From Arcobacteraceae bacterium (GTDB taxonomy: Bacteria; Campylobacterota; Campylobacteria; Campylobacterales; Arcobacteraceae), in the NCBI GenBank assembly GCA_023138835.1, contig JAGLOP010000008.1, positions 1,149 through 65,148 on the forward strand: a DNA stretch of 64,000 nucleotides, given 5' to 3'. The notes beneath the pieces are model-generated. The model had not been told where the DNA came from. It made no database searches and saw only the letters and a program-made list of their open reading frames with translations. Position numbers and translations under genes: made by a program. This document shows, piece after piece, positions 16,815 to 26,400 of the stretch (position 1 is the stretch's first letter; each line of letters begins with the position of its first letter).

Positions 16815-17217
16815 TATCTCTATCTCCTATCTTATAGTTTAAATAAATATTCCAGTAAGGTTTTTTATGTGGTTTAAATTCTTGATACTCTTCTTTTGTA
16901 AGATTATCTATAAATTGAGAATATTGACTAATCATCTTTTCTTTAGTATCTTTAAGCTGCTCTTTTTGATACATATTGTATTGACCATATAAAAGTAATA
17001 CTGAAACAGCTAAACTTATTCCTACTTCTTTATAGTCATATTCGGTATGACTATATTTAGCTACTAAAAATCTAATAAAACAAGTTCCGAGTATATAAAT
17101 GATAGCTAAATAAGAATTTACCATCATTAATATAAAAGTAAATAAAATAAATAACCAAAACTTTACTCTTGGTATTTCATTCTTTATAATTGATGCATCA
17201 AATTCTTTATCAGTCAT
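16798..17217 (-). CDS. prophage membrane protein (3 TM plus coiled-coil tail)
   Basis: 139 aa. Hydrophobic helices at about aa 20-45 and 65-85. Starts 4 nt after the HTH gene. Confidence 0.6.
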   Translation of the reverse strand: MTDKEFDASIIKNEIPRVKFWLFILFTFILMMVNSYLAIIYILGTCFIRFLVAKYSHTEYDYKEVGISLAVSVLLLYGQYNMYQKEQLKDTKEKMISQYSQFIDNLTKEEYQEFKPHKKPYWNIYLNYKIGDRDIEVDK

Positions 17218-17221
17218 ATTT

Positions 17222-17452
17222 CTATCTATTATCTTTAATCATATCTTGTACCGCAATAAGCTTTTTGATTTTATCTATGTCTAAATTATTCTTTTTACAA
17301 AATGAACCCAGCTTTACTACTTCAATTAATTTAGGTTGTTTGGATGACCATCCAGCTATTGTACTATAGCTTTTACCTGTATATTCTACTATATCGTTAT
17401 TATTTATATCTTTCATAGTTGATATGATACCTAAAAAACCTTTAACTATCAA
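17222..17452 (-). CDS. small HTH DNA-binding protein (repressor-like)
   Basis: DIVEYTGKSYSTIAGWSS is HTH-like. It diverges from the ParAB operon across an operator-rich spacer. Track start is TTG 17452; ATG 17416 is an alternative. Confidence 0.55.
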   Translation of the reverse strand: MIVKGFLGIISTMKDINNNDIVEYTGKSYSTIAGWSSKQPKLIEVVKLGSFCKKNNLDIDKIKKLIAVQDMIKDNR

Positions 17453-17558
17453 ATAAGAAATAAATATTTATTAATATTTCTTATTTGATATATGATTAAG
17501 CTACTCTTTATATTTCTTATGTGATAATTCTTTAAATAAATATTTCATATAAGAAATA
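17450..17558. promoter_or_regulatory. four copies of the 13-mer TATTTCTTATNTG arranged as two inverted pairs (operators)
   Basis: CAAATAAGAAATA 17450-17462 pairs with TATTTCTTATTTG 17475-17487. TATTTCTTATGTG 17511-17523 pairs with CATATAAGAAATA 17546-17558. Confidence 0.6.
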
Positions 17559-17572
17559 AAGAAAGGCACAAA

Positions 17573-17761
17573 ATGAAAACATACAAAACCCACTACCCAC
17601 ATAAGTTAAATAAACAGTTCGCAATAAAACAAAATCGTACTAGTGGTGTAGGTAGAACATTATGCAGCAATCGGTTTGAACAGGACTATACTTTAGATAT
17701 AGACAAAGTAACTTGTGAAAAATGTTTAATGAAACTAAAAAATAAAGGACAAACAAAATGA
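17573..17761 (+). CDS. hypothetical phage protein, Cys-containing (possible zinc ribbon)
   Basis: 62 aa with GAAAGG 7 nt before the ATG. Contains C..(17)..CEKC. Confidence 0.5.
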   Translation: MKTYKTHYPHKLNKQFAIKQNRTSGVGRTLCSNRFEQDYTLDIDKVTCEKCLMKLKNKGQTK

Positions 17762-17871
17762 AAATAAAAGTATTCAACAAAAACGGCAAAAGCAGAGTAA
17801 TATATGCACATAGTGAAAATCATATATCAAAAATAGCAATTAAATTTGAAAGATGGGAATGGGTAAGATGA
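17758..17871 (+). CDS. 37-aa ORF, not in track, ATGA-coupled on both sides
   Basis: ATGA overlaps at 17758-17761 and 17868-17871. AAGGA upstream. Confidence 0.3.
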   Translation: MKIKVFNKNGKSRVIYAHSENHISKIAIKFERWEWVR

Positions 17872-18152
17872 GTACAGATAAAAAATTAATTGATGAACTG
17901 TATCAAGAAATAAATGAATTAAAAAAGCAACAACAGACTATCAAAGAAGAAAATCTAAACTATGTCAATCAGTTTTCAGCATTATCTTGTGATGTTCAAG
18001 GTGTCGCAAATTTAGTACATGGACTTGTACACTTTCAAGATATGAATAAACAAATGTTTACAAACTCTTGTGGAGTATTAAGTCGTAGTTTGGAAGATAT
18101 TAGTGCAAGTATGGAAGCTAGTGCAAATGGCGATAGTCATTTTGTAGGATAG
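17853..18152 (+). CDS. hypothetical phage protein (coiled-coil N-terminus)
   Basis: 99-aa ORF. ATG 17868, coupled to the previous stop, is a likely true start. Confidence 0.5.
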   Translation: MGMGKMSTDKKLIDELYQEINELKKQQQTIKEENLNYVNQFSALSCDVQGVANLVHGLVHFQDMNKQMFTNSCGVLSRSLEDISASMEASANGDSHFVG

Positions 18153-18211
18153 TTGAGACAAAAAAGCAAATTATACGGATTAAACTACTGATAAAACTTT
18201 CACGGGGGAAA
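18153..18211 (+). promoter_or_regulatory. 14-mer TTGAGACAAAAAAG (18153-18166) plus 21-mer ATAAAACTTTCACGGGGGAAA (18191-18211)
   Basis: Both motifs lie directly in front of ATG 18211. Confidence 0.5.
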
Positions 18212-18567
18212 TGATGAAAACATACAGAACACTAAGAGCAAGTACAGATGATAGAAGAAAAGTTATCATAAAAGAATTAAATCTTAGAAAAATAGATAAA
18301 GAAACACGAGCAAAAATTCATGAAGATATAACACTGGACTATTATAAAATCATTACGATTTTATCTCATCTATCAATGAAAACTACAAAGATGGTAGTCC
18401 ACAATAATGTTGAATATATTAAACAATTAGATACACCATTAAAAGATGGTAGTAAATCAAATGCTAGATTTTTAACACAAAAAGAAATCCAAAAGCTAAA
18501 TAGAGATTTAAAAATTTGTGTAATAGTACCACCAACAAAAATATATGAACTTAAAAAGGTAGGATAG
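18211..18567 (+). CDS. hypothetical phage protein upstream of parA
   Basis: 118-aa basic ORF. Its frame is open through the 21-mer. Confidence 0.55.
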   Translation: MMKTYRTLRASTDDRRKVIIKELNLRKIDKETRAKIHEDITLDYYKIITILSHLSMKTTKMVVHNNVEYIKQLDTPLKDGSKSNARFLTQKEIQKLNRDLKICVIVPPTKIYELKKVG

Positions 18568-18571
18568 TAGT

Positions 18572-19201
18572 ATGGAAGTTATAGTAGTAGCCCACTCAAA
18601 AGGTGGAACTGGAAAGTCCACCATCATTTGGAACTTAGCACACTTCATAAGAAGTTTGGATAAACCAACAATCATTATAGATTTAGACTTCCAGCAAACA
18701 CAACATTATCTACATAGAATTAGAACATTAGAAGGCTTAACCAATCCACAAAATGATATTCCAGTATTTAGACCACAAACAGCAGATGCACTAATTAATA
18801 CATTAGAAAACTTTAGTGATCATTATATACTTATAGATGTAGGTGGATATGATAATGATATAAATCGTATAGCTATCAGCTGGGCAGATAAGATAGTAGT
18901 ACCTTTATCAGATAGTATTACAGATGTATTAGGATTTAAAACATTTGAAAATATATTAAAAGAGATAGACAATCCTTTTATAAACATAGTCCTAAACAAC
19001 ATCCACCCACTCACAAAGAACTTTAACACCATAAAAGAAGCCATAGGTTCAAATGAAGATATCAAACTATTAGACACAGTTATCAGAACTAGAAAAATAT
19101 ACAAAACTACAATGGGAGAAGGTAAATCAGTATTTGATATCAACCACACAGTGGCACAAGATGAAATAAAAGGATTATATTATGAAATTATCAGCAATTG
19201 A
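18572..19201 (+). CDS. parA: ParA/Soj-type partition ATPase
   Basis: Deviant Walker A VVAHSKGGTGKST. 209 aa. Confidence 0.9.
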   Translation: MEVIVVAHSKGGTGKSTIIWNLAHFIRSLDKPTIIIDLDFQQTQHYLHRIRTLEGLTNPQNDIPVFRPQTADALINTLENFSDHYILIDVGGYDNDINRIAISWADKIVVPLSDSITDVLGFKTFENILKEIDNPFINIVLNNIHPLTKNFNTIKEAIGSNEDIKLLDTVIRTRKIYKTTMGEGKSVFDINHTVAQDEIKGLYYEIISN

Positions 19202-20588
19202 TGAAGTAACAAAAGACACTACTAGAACAACTGGAGTAAGTCCATTTATGGAACTACAGCTGGAGTTAGTTTATCCAAATCCAAATCAACCAAGAAAACT
19301 CTTTGATAAAGTAAAGTTACAAGAACTAGCTAACAGTATTGAAACACATGGGCTATTAGAGCCAATAGTTGTAGTTAAAGATGATAATGGTAAATACATG
19401 ATAATAGCCGGAGAGAGAAGATACAAAGCTTCACTATTAAATGATGCAAGAACTATAAAAACTCACATCATCAAAGCTGATATAAAAAAGGTGCAAGAGT
19501 TAGCATTGATAGAAAATATCCAAAGAGATGATTTAACAGATTATGAGATAGCAAAACATATAGGTAAGTTATGGGATACTGGTGACTATGATAGAAAAAA
19601 AGATTTAGCAGATGTTATTGGTAAATCAGATACATATTTAAGTCGTGTATTATCTGTATTAAAATTAGATGAACATATCATTAGTCAAATTGAAAGACAT
19701 AATCTAACTATATCTTTATCTGTACTAGATGAAATTTCACGAGTGAAAGATGTAAAACTGCAAAATATGGCTTTTAATGATTATCTTGATGGAAAGATTA
19801 AAAGAGATGATATTAAGCATATTAAAAATAGAACTAAAGAAGTTCCTGAATTGTGGGAAAAGGTGGAAGATAAAAAACCAAAGAAACTAAATAGAGCTGG
19901 AGAACTTGAAGCTAATGTTTGGTTTTTGGATGGATTAAAAGTATTAAATCAAGAAGAAGTTGTTTCAAAACTAGAAACAAATAAGCATTATAAATATAGT
20001 ATAAAAAAAACAACTACACTGCATAGTCATATTTTAGAAGATGAAAATGGCATAACCTTTCAATTTATTGCTACTGAAGAAAATATAAAAGCACTAAAAG
20101 GCAAAAGTATCTTAGAAGATTTTAGTAAAGAGATGTCACTTAATAATATATATACAATGACAATAGATATAAATAGTAAAAGAGGTATGTTTGAAAAAAA
20201 AGATTATTTAAGTTCTCTAGCTTGTACAAATGAAAATGGCAGAACATGGGTAATTTGTACCGAGGGTGACTTTGAGGGAACTCTTGAAATAACAAAAGGT
20301 AAAGAGCTTATTAAAAATTGCTCTAATCATTGTTATGAAGTTATTTTAAAAGAGATTGATAAAGAACCGCAAATAGAAAATGATGATGAAACTGTAAGAG
20401 ATATACTTATCAAAAAAAGTAAAATAAAGAATTTAACATCAAAAGTAAAATCATTTGATAATTGTACTGTTAGCAACGATAAAGATAAAACTATTTTTAA
20501 TCCTGAAAATGGATTAAAAATCACAGTAAATGTAAGAGATTTGTTTTTAGCAAGTAAAAAATACAAAATATATTTTGAGGAGATATAA
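19182..20588 (+). CDS. parB: ParB-like partition/nuclease-domain protein with long C-terminal extension
   Basis: ParB N-domain LLEPIVVVKDDNGKYMIIAGERRYKAS and LIENIQRDDLTDYEIA. Overlaps parA. Confidence 0.85.
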   Translation: MKLSAIDEVTKDTTRTTGVSPFMELQLELVYPNPNQPRKLFDKVKLQELANSIETHGLLEPIVVVKDDNGKYMIIAGERRYKASLLNDARTIKTHIIKADIKKVQELALIENIQRDDLTDYEIAKHIGKLWDTGDYDRKKDLADVIGKSDTYLSRVLSVLKLDEHIISQIERHNLTISLSVLDEISRVKDVKLQNMAFNDYLDGKIKRDDIKHIKNRTKEVPELWEKVEDKKPKKLNRAGELEANVWFLDGLKVLNQEEVVSKLETNKHYKYSIKKTTTLHSHILEDENGITFQFIATEENIKALKGKSILEDFSKEMSLNNIYTMTIDINSKRGMFEKKDYLSSLACTNENGRTWVICTEGDFEGTLEITKGKELIKNCSNHCYEVILKEIDKEPQIENDDETVRDILIKKSKIKNLTSKVKSFDNCTVSNDKDKTIFNPENGLKITVNVRDLFLASKKYKIYFEEI

Positions 20589-20590
20589 TC

Positions 20591-20713
20591 ATGAACGAAA
20601 TATCAACAACTGGAATTATTCTATTTATCTTATTTATAGGAATTATGGCTTACATAACATATAAAGAAAATCAATTACATAAAGACAAAACACCATTTAA
20701 AAAGGAACTATAA
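20591..20713 (+). CDS. 40-aa single-TM peptide, not in track
   Basis: MNEISTTGIILFILFIGIMAYITYKENQLHKDKTPFKKEL, with GAGGAG upstream. Fills the gap between parB and the recombinase. Confidence 0.4.
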   Translation: MNEISTTGIILFILFIGIMAYITYKENQLHKDKTPFKKEL

Positions 20714-20714
20714 A

Positions 20715-21299
20715 ATGGCACGACCAAAAAACACAAAAAAAGACAGACTACCAATTATGGAATATGAATACAACCAAATAGTATTTAAAACAAAACATGA
20801 TAAAGCTATGAAATCAGTAACCAAAAGAAAACTACTTCGTGCTTATGGATTATTATATTGCTTTGGTGCAAGGATATCAGAAATCACAAACTTTACACTT
20901 GATGATCTAAACTTTATCTATATGCATAAATACATCATACTTACAGATACCAAATCAAATGCAACACAAAGACTGATTATAAATGACAAAGCCATAGAGA
21001 TACTAAAAAGCTTAGATTATAGTGATTGTGAAGATGCACTATTTTACAGACCAAACACCACAACACCTATGAATATTGGTGGACTTGAAAAACTTATCAA
21101 TACCCACCTAAAACACCAGTTAAATGTATTATATACAACTCATAGCTTCCGTGCCGGTTACATCACTAGAATACTTGAAGCAACAGGTAATCCAAAAATA
21201 GCACAAAAACTAGCACGACACAAAGATATTATCACAACATTAAGATATAGTGGTGCAAGTGATAGACAAATAGATGATGCTTTGGATAAGATATTTTAA
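20715..21299 (+). CDS. small tyrosine recombinase (catalytic domain only, 194 aa)
   Basis: GARISEI (box I Arg), HSFRAGYIT (H-x-x-R), LARHKDIITTLRYS (His/Tyr). Confidence 0.8.
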   Translation: MARPKNTKKDRLPIMEYEYNQIVFKTKHDKAMKSVTKRKLLRAYGLLYCFGARISEITNFTLDDLNFIYMHKYIILTDTKSNATQRLIINDKAIEILKSLDYSDCEDALFYRPNTTTPMNIGGLEKLINTHLKHQLNVLYTTHSFRAGYITRILEATGNPKIAQKLARHKDIITTLRYSGASDRQIDDALDKIF

Positions 21300-21337
21300 G
21301 CTGTCCTTTAGTGTAAAATATATATACTGTTGTCAAC

Positions 21338-21409
21338 GGGGTATTAGCTCAGCGGTAGAGCGGTGAGTTTCTAACTCATGCGTCGTCGGTTCGAATCCGA
21401 TATACTCCA
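21338..21409 (+). tRNA. tRNA-Arg(UCU), phage-borne
   Basis: GGGGTAT/ATACTCC acceptor, GCTC-AGCGGTA-GAGC D arm, GTGAG-TTTCTAA-CTCAT anticodon arm, GTCGG-TTCGAAT-CCGAT T arm. No encoded CCA. Confidence 0.9.
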
Positions 21410-21445
21410 CTTAAGTCCCTCTCGGGGGGATTTCTAATTTAGTTA

Positions 21446-23482
21446 TCAAAAATCAAACTTAGCTTTTTTAAAATTAAAAGTTTTATCATCACCACTCAAA
21501 TCAAAACCAACTCTTTTACCAGCCTTTTTAATTTTTCGTGCAGTATCATCATATTCTTTTTGATTTTCTTTTTTGTCTCTACTTTTTGATTTATCTTTAA
21601 ACTTCTTTAGATTTTTAGCTTCTTTAAGCCTTGAACTTAACTCTTTTTTCTCATTAAATCTTCGTACACCAACACCACGACCACCAAGTTCAGCAAAACT
21701 CATATCTTCTTTATAATAATTCTTTTGCTCTATACCCATAAGCTTTTTACTAAACCTTTGACCATACCTACCAAATGTAAGTGGTGGCAAATAGTTTTCA
21801 GCCATAGTCAATATCTTCTTACCAGCTTTAATATGACTTTCATCATACTTACCGCTTATGTTATAACCAAGTGGAGTTTTACCACTAGCAATATTAACCA
21901 TACCACCAACAAAACCAAATCCAGTATCAAAACTTATATCAATACCACCAAACTTCATAGCTGGTATCATTCTTCCTAAGTTCATATACCAGCTACCACC
22001 AACATTAACCCACTCTTTAGCACCAAATAAGTTAGCTTGATTTTTAGCCCAAATAGGTTTAAGTAAATCTTCTTCACTAGAACTATTATCTAGCCAACTA
22101 CTAGCACCAGCTCCCAGTAATGCAGTTTGAAGTAAAGCATATCGTACTGGATGTTTAGCTATCACTTTCATAGTAGCTGGAGTTGCTTTATATACATAGT
22201 GCATAAATGGAAATAATCCACTTTTATCAATAGTCCGTACAAAATCAGGCAACGGAGTAGAATAATCAACATAAACTTCACTCGCCTTTTTAAAAGCATC
22301 TTTTTCAGCTACTCCATCATCCATCAATCTTTTAAATGAAGCAACTTTAAAAAGCTTATCTTCCCAGTCATAAAGCTTTCTTATTTTATCTCCAGCTTTA
22401 CTACCTTGTGCAAGATATAAGTTCTTAACGATACTTAGTCCAACATTGATTTTCTTTTTATCAGTTATGTGTACATCAATATCTTCAAAATCTTTTAGAC
22501 TACTATTCAATCCATATTTATTAGCAGTATCAACCAGCTTTTTAAACTTCTTAGGATTTTTAACTTTCATATACATCACTTGACCCAATGCAATCAAATC
22601 TCCATTAAGTCCAGCCAACATAACATTACTACCGATATTGTATAAATGTGTTACTGGATTTTTAACTGTAACATTCACTTTGATATGATCTATTACTGGA
22701 AACCAATACTTTTCCATTATTCCAAGTGTCTCACGAGCTAGTTGTGAACTCTTTAAACTATTAGATATCTCTTTTGGTACATATTTACCAGCTAAAGCAC
22801 CATACTTATAAACTCCACCATTAGTCTCATTAGATATTTTTACACTATTTTCAAACTCTTCATCTTTAGCAAACTTATCGGCTATACTTTTAAGTACACT
22901 AGCTTTAAGTATTTGAGTTCTTTGTTCAGCAAGTGTCTTAGGTATTACAACACTGGCATCTTCAATCATACTCATAGCTATTCTCTCATCATGAGTTAAA
23001 TTTTTTCTTTTCTTAAATTTCTTATCAAAAAAGATTTTACCCATCAATCCTTTTTCATTTAAATAAGCAGCATAATATCTTTTTAGATAATCTTTGATTT
23101 TACTCTTAGATTTTAATGCACCAAGTTTAACTAACTCATCAGCATTATTATCTATTTTTGCTCTCATTTTCTCATATAAGGGTTTTAACTCTTTAGGTAG
23201 CTTCAATGAACTCATATCACCATTTAAAGCTTGTACTAGCATCTCACTTTCATTTGGTAGCAGTTCATCAGCTAAATGCTTTTGAATATCTCCAGCTTGT
23301 TCATATATATCCCCTAAAGCTATTTGATATTCTTTTATACTTTCAGCAAAATCCTTTTGCATCTTAGTAGTTGTAAGTATATTATACTTATCAAACTCAT
23401 TTAGCTTATCTCCCATCTTAGAAAATATCTTATCAATACTATCATCTAATTTTACAGTTGCTTTTTTTATTCCACAATTCAT
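21446..23482 (-). CDS. large virion-module protein of unknown function (678 aa, very basic C-terminus)
   Basis: Starts 1 nt after the stop of the 2149-aa gene. No motif recognised. Confidence 0.7.
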   Translation of the reverse strand: MNCGIKKATVKLDDSIDKIFSKMGDKLNEFDKYNILTTTKMQKDFAESIKEYQIALGDIYEQAGDIQKHLADELLPNESEMLVQALNGDMSSLKLPKELKPLYEKMRAKIDNNADELVKLGALKSKSKIKDYLKRYYAAYLNEKGLMGKIFFDKKFKKRKNLTHDERIAMSMIEDASVVIPKTLAEQRTQILKASVLKSIADKFAKDEEFENSVKISNETNGGVYKYGALAGKYVPKEISNSLKSSQLARETLGIMEKYWFPVIDHIKVNVTVKNPVTHLYNIGSNVMLAGLNGDLIALGQVMYMKVKNPKKFKKLVDTANKYGLNSSLKDFEDIDVHITDKKKINVGLSIVKNLYLAQGSKAGDKIRKLYDWEDKLFKVASFKRLMDDGVAEKDAFKKASEVYVDYSTPLPDFVRTIDKSGLFPFMHYVYKATPATMKVIAKHPVRYALLQTALLGAGASSWLDNSSSEEDLLKPIWAKNQANLFGAKEWVNVGGSWYMNLGRMIPAMKFGGIDISFDTGFGFVGGMVNIASGKTPLGYNISGKYDESHIKAGKKILTMAENYLPPLTFGRYGQRFSKKLMGIEQKNYYKEDMSFAELGGRGVGVRRFNEKKELSSRLKEAKNLKKFKDKSKSRDKKENQKEYDDTARKIKKAGKRVGFDLSGDDKTFNFKKAKFDF

Positions 23483-23483
23483 C

Positions 23484-26400
23484 TTAACAATCCTTTACAT
23501 CAAATGCAGTGATAATATTTCCATTATCATCATAATGTTTAGCTTCAAACTCTTTAAGTTGAGCATCAATACTTTTAAAATCATCTTCATAAACTTTAAG
23601 CCCATCTTGAAGCTTTGTAACAGCTTCTTGATACATAGGTGTTTTATCTTCTCTTGATTTTATATATACTTTTTTTCTATCTCTATAATCTTTTAAATCA
23701 GCTTCATACTTCTTTTTATACTCTTTTTGTTTATCACTTTTTTTATAAGCTTTTTCATAAGCTAGTCTAAAAGCTTTTGTAGGAGTATCATCAGTTAAGC
23801 TATCAGTAGTTTGTTTGATTATCTCATTGTTTCGTGTCAAACTCTCTTTAGCTCCAATAATCTTAGCTTTCATATAGTTCAACTCTTCACGAATACTGTC
23901 ATATTCACTCTCTAGCTTATCAGCTTCAAACCTCACTATCATTTGAGCCTTGACAAGTGGATTAGTTTCCATCTCTATAAGTATTTCAGCTTCAGTAGGC
24001 ATACTTCCACTATCATCAGTTATTTCAATTCTATCTTTAACTTCAGCATCCCAAATAGCATCGTTCCAACCTTTCTTACCCATTACAGTAGAATACATCA
24101 AACTATCAAATGTACCCTCTTGAAAGAAATAATGAACATCAACATTATCATATTTATTACCGTGTCTCAAACCCCTACCATTTCGCTGGATTATTTCAGC
24201 TGGTGTCCAAGGTAAATCAAGATGATAGATATTAGTTGTATATGTTTGTATATTCATACCCTCTCCAGCACTCTTTGTACTACCAATAACAACTTTAATC
24301 TTTCCACCTTGATAAGCATTAACTATCTCTTGCTTCATCTTACTAGCTTTCTCTCCACTTGCTGGAACTTCTTTACCATCTAAATTAGTTACAGTTTTAC
24401 CATTGATAATAGCTACTTGATTTTTCTTATATCCATTTGTAATAAGTCCGTTTTTAATCTCTTGATGTAGGTTTTCACTTAGTACACTATGACCAGCACT
24501 ATCCAAAAATATTATTTGACCAGCTTTTTTATCTTTTTTAAATTTACTGGATGCAAGTTCTATAACTCTTTGAACTTTATTGTTATCAGGTGTAGGATAT
24601 AGCAAATCTCCAAATTCAGCACGAGCATACAATCGTGGATCAACTGAAGCAGTTACACCATTACTAAATATTCCCATAACTTCGTGTCTCTTTTGATAAT
24701 CTTCTTTAGCTTCTTTTAGTCTCTCTCTAATATCTTCAAAGGCTACCATACTTTCATCACTAGCAGTTATCATCTCTTTAATAATATTTTCATTTGGTAT
24801 CTTGATAAGTTTTCGTTTAGCAAATTCACTCATAGGAATTCTATCAACATATCTATCCAGTATACTTCTAAGTGCAACAGCATTTTTAATAGCTATTATT
24901 CCATTTTCAAACTTACCATTTTTACTAAGCTTTTGACCAAACTCAAAAAATGTTTCAGCAAAATCTCTATCAGTTTTTATACCATATTCATCAAAGATAT
25001 TATCATCTAAATGTTTTAGCATAGTAAATACTTCAATAGGTTTGTTAGGTGTTGGTGTAGCATCTAGTAAATATATATTTTTACCATTATTTAAACTACT
25101 GATATACTTAGTTTTAAATCTAAAATCATAAGCTAAAGCACTATCAAGAGATATACTTATGAAGTTACCAGCCTTATCAGTTTTAAGATTTAATCCAAAA
25201 GCTTTACCAAGTTTATTAGATACTAGCTTACTATTTACACCTACATTTTTAAATGCTCTAGCTTCATCAGTTATAACTGCATCAATACCCAGCTTATCAA
25301 TAGTGATTTTTTTATTAGCATTAGTTTTTGATAAACTATCTAAATACAAATCAATCTTTTGTTGTTGTATCTCTTTGGCACGACCTGTTAAATCTTCATT
25401 CTTCATATTTTCAGATATTAACTTTCTAGCATAGCTTTGTTCTATATCATCAGGTAGTTTAAGTTGTTTAAAACCCTCGTGAGATATAAGTACATAATCA
25501 GCATTAGTATTACCCAGTTCAAAAAGTCTTTTTTCTCTTACATTTTTAGGCAATCCACCTAAACTTATAATCTTAGCATTAGGATATAACTCTAATATCT
25601 CTTTTTCCCAGTTCTTAATTACTTTAGATGGTACAACCAATAAAGGCTTTTTAGCAATCCCTTTAGCTTTCAATACTCTAGCTAATACAATACCAGCCAT
25701 AGTCTTACCACCACCAACATCATGAGCATTTATATTTTTACCCTCATATAAAGCTTTTATAACCCATTCAATCTGATTTTTTCTAAGTTTGATATGTGCT
25801 GGTAACTCATCAAGTACATCTTGTATAAGATATTGAGCCTTACTATAATTAGGCTTTACATAGAAGTTCATTTTTCTATTGTAAGCATCTTCAAATTTAG
25901 CTTTTAATACTGCATCACTTTTTATATCATTTCTAAGTCTTGCTTGAACTTCTTTAACTTCATATTGAGCATCTTTCAATCTTCTTTTATAGCTTGATTG
26001 ACTTTCCCCATCTCTAGCTTTTATTAAAGCATCTTGATTAATGTATTTATTATAAGTAGCACCAACTCCAGTAGCTTGTATTTTTCTTACTTTTTTTACA
26101 CCACCTTCCTTTTGCTTCACTTCTTTAGTTACAGTTTGATATTCAAATAGTTTAATACCAGCTTCACTTACCCAAGGCTCTATACCTTTGAAATCTATCT
26201 CATCAACAGTTTTAATAGTAGGTAGTGTATCTTGTAGTTTAGTGTGTTGTTTATCAACTAAATTTTTAATGTCTCCATCAGGTAACTTATCTAAGTTTAA
26301 TTGTGTAGCATCAAGTTTAGTGTAAACATTACCAGCATAATATAATATATCATTAGCAATAGTATTTTCATCTGCATAAGCATACCCAAGTTTAAGTGCT

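Noticed and set aside
21410-21445. Hairpin TCCCTCTCGGGGGGA between tRNA-Arg and the 678-aa gene
   Set aside because: The stem is only 3-5 bp with no U-tract, so the evidence for a terminator is insufficient.
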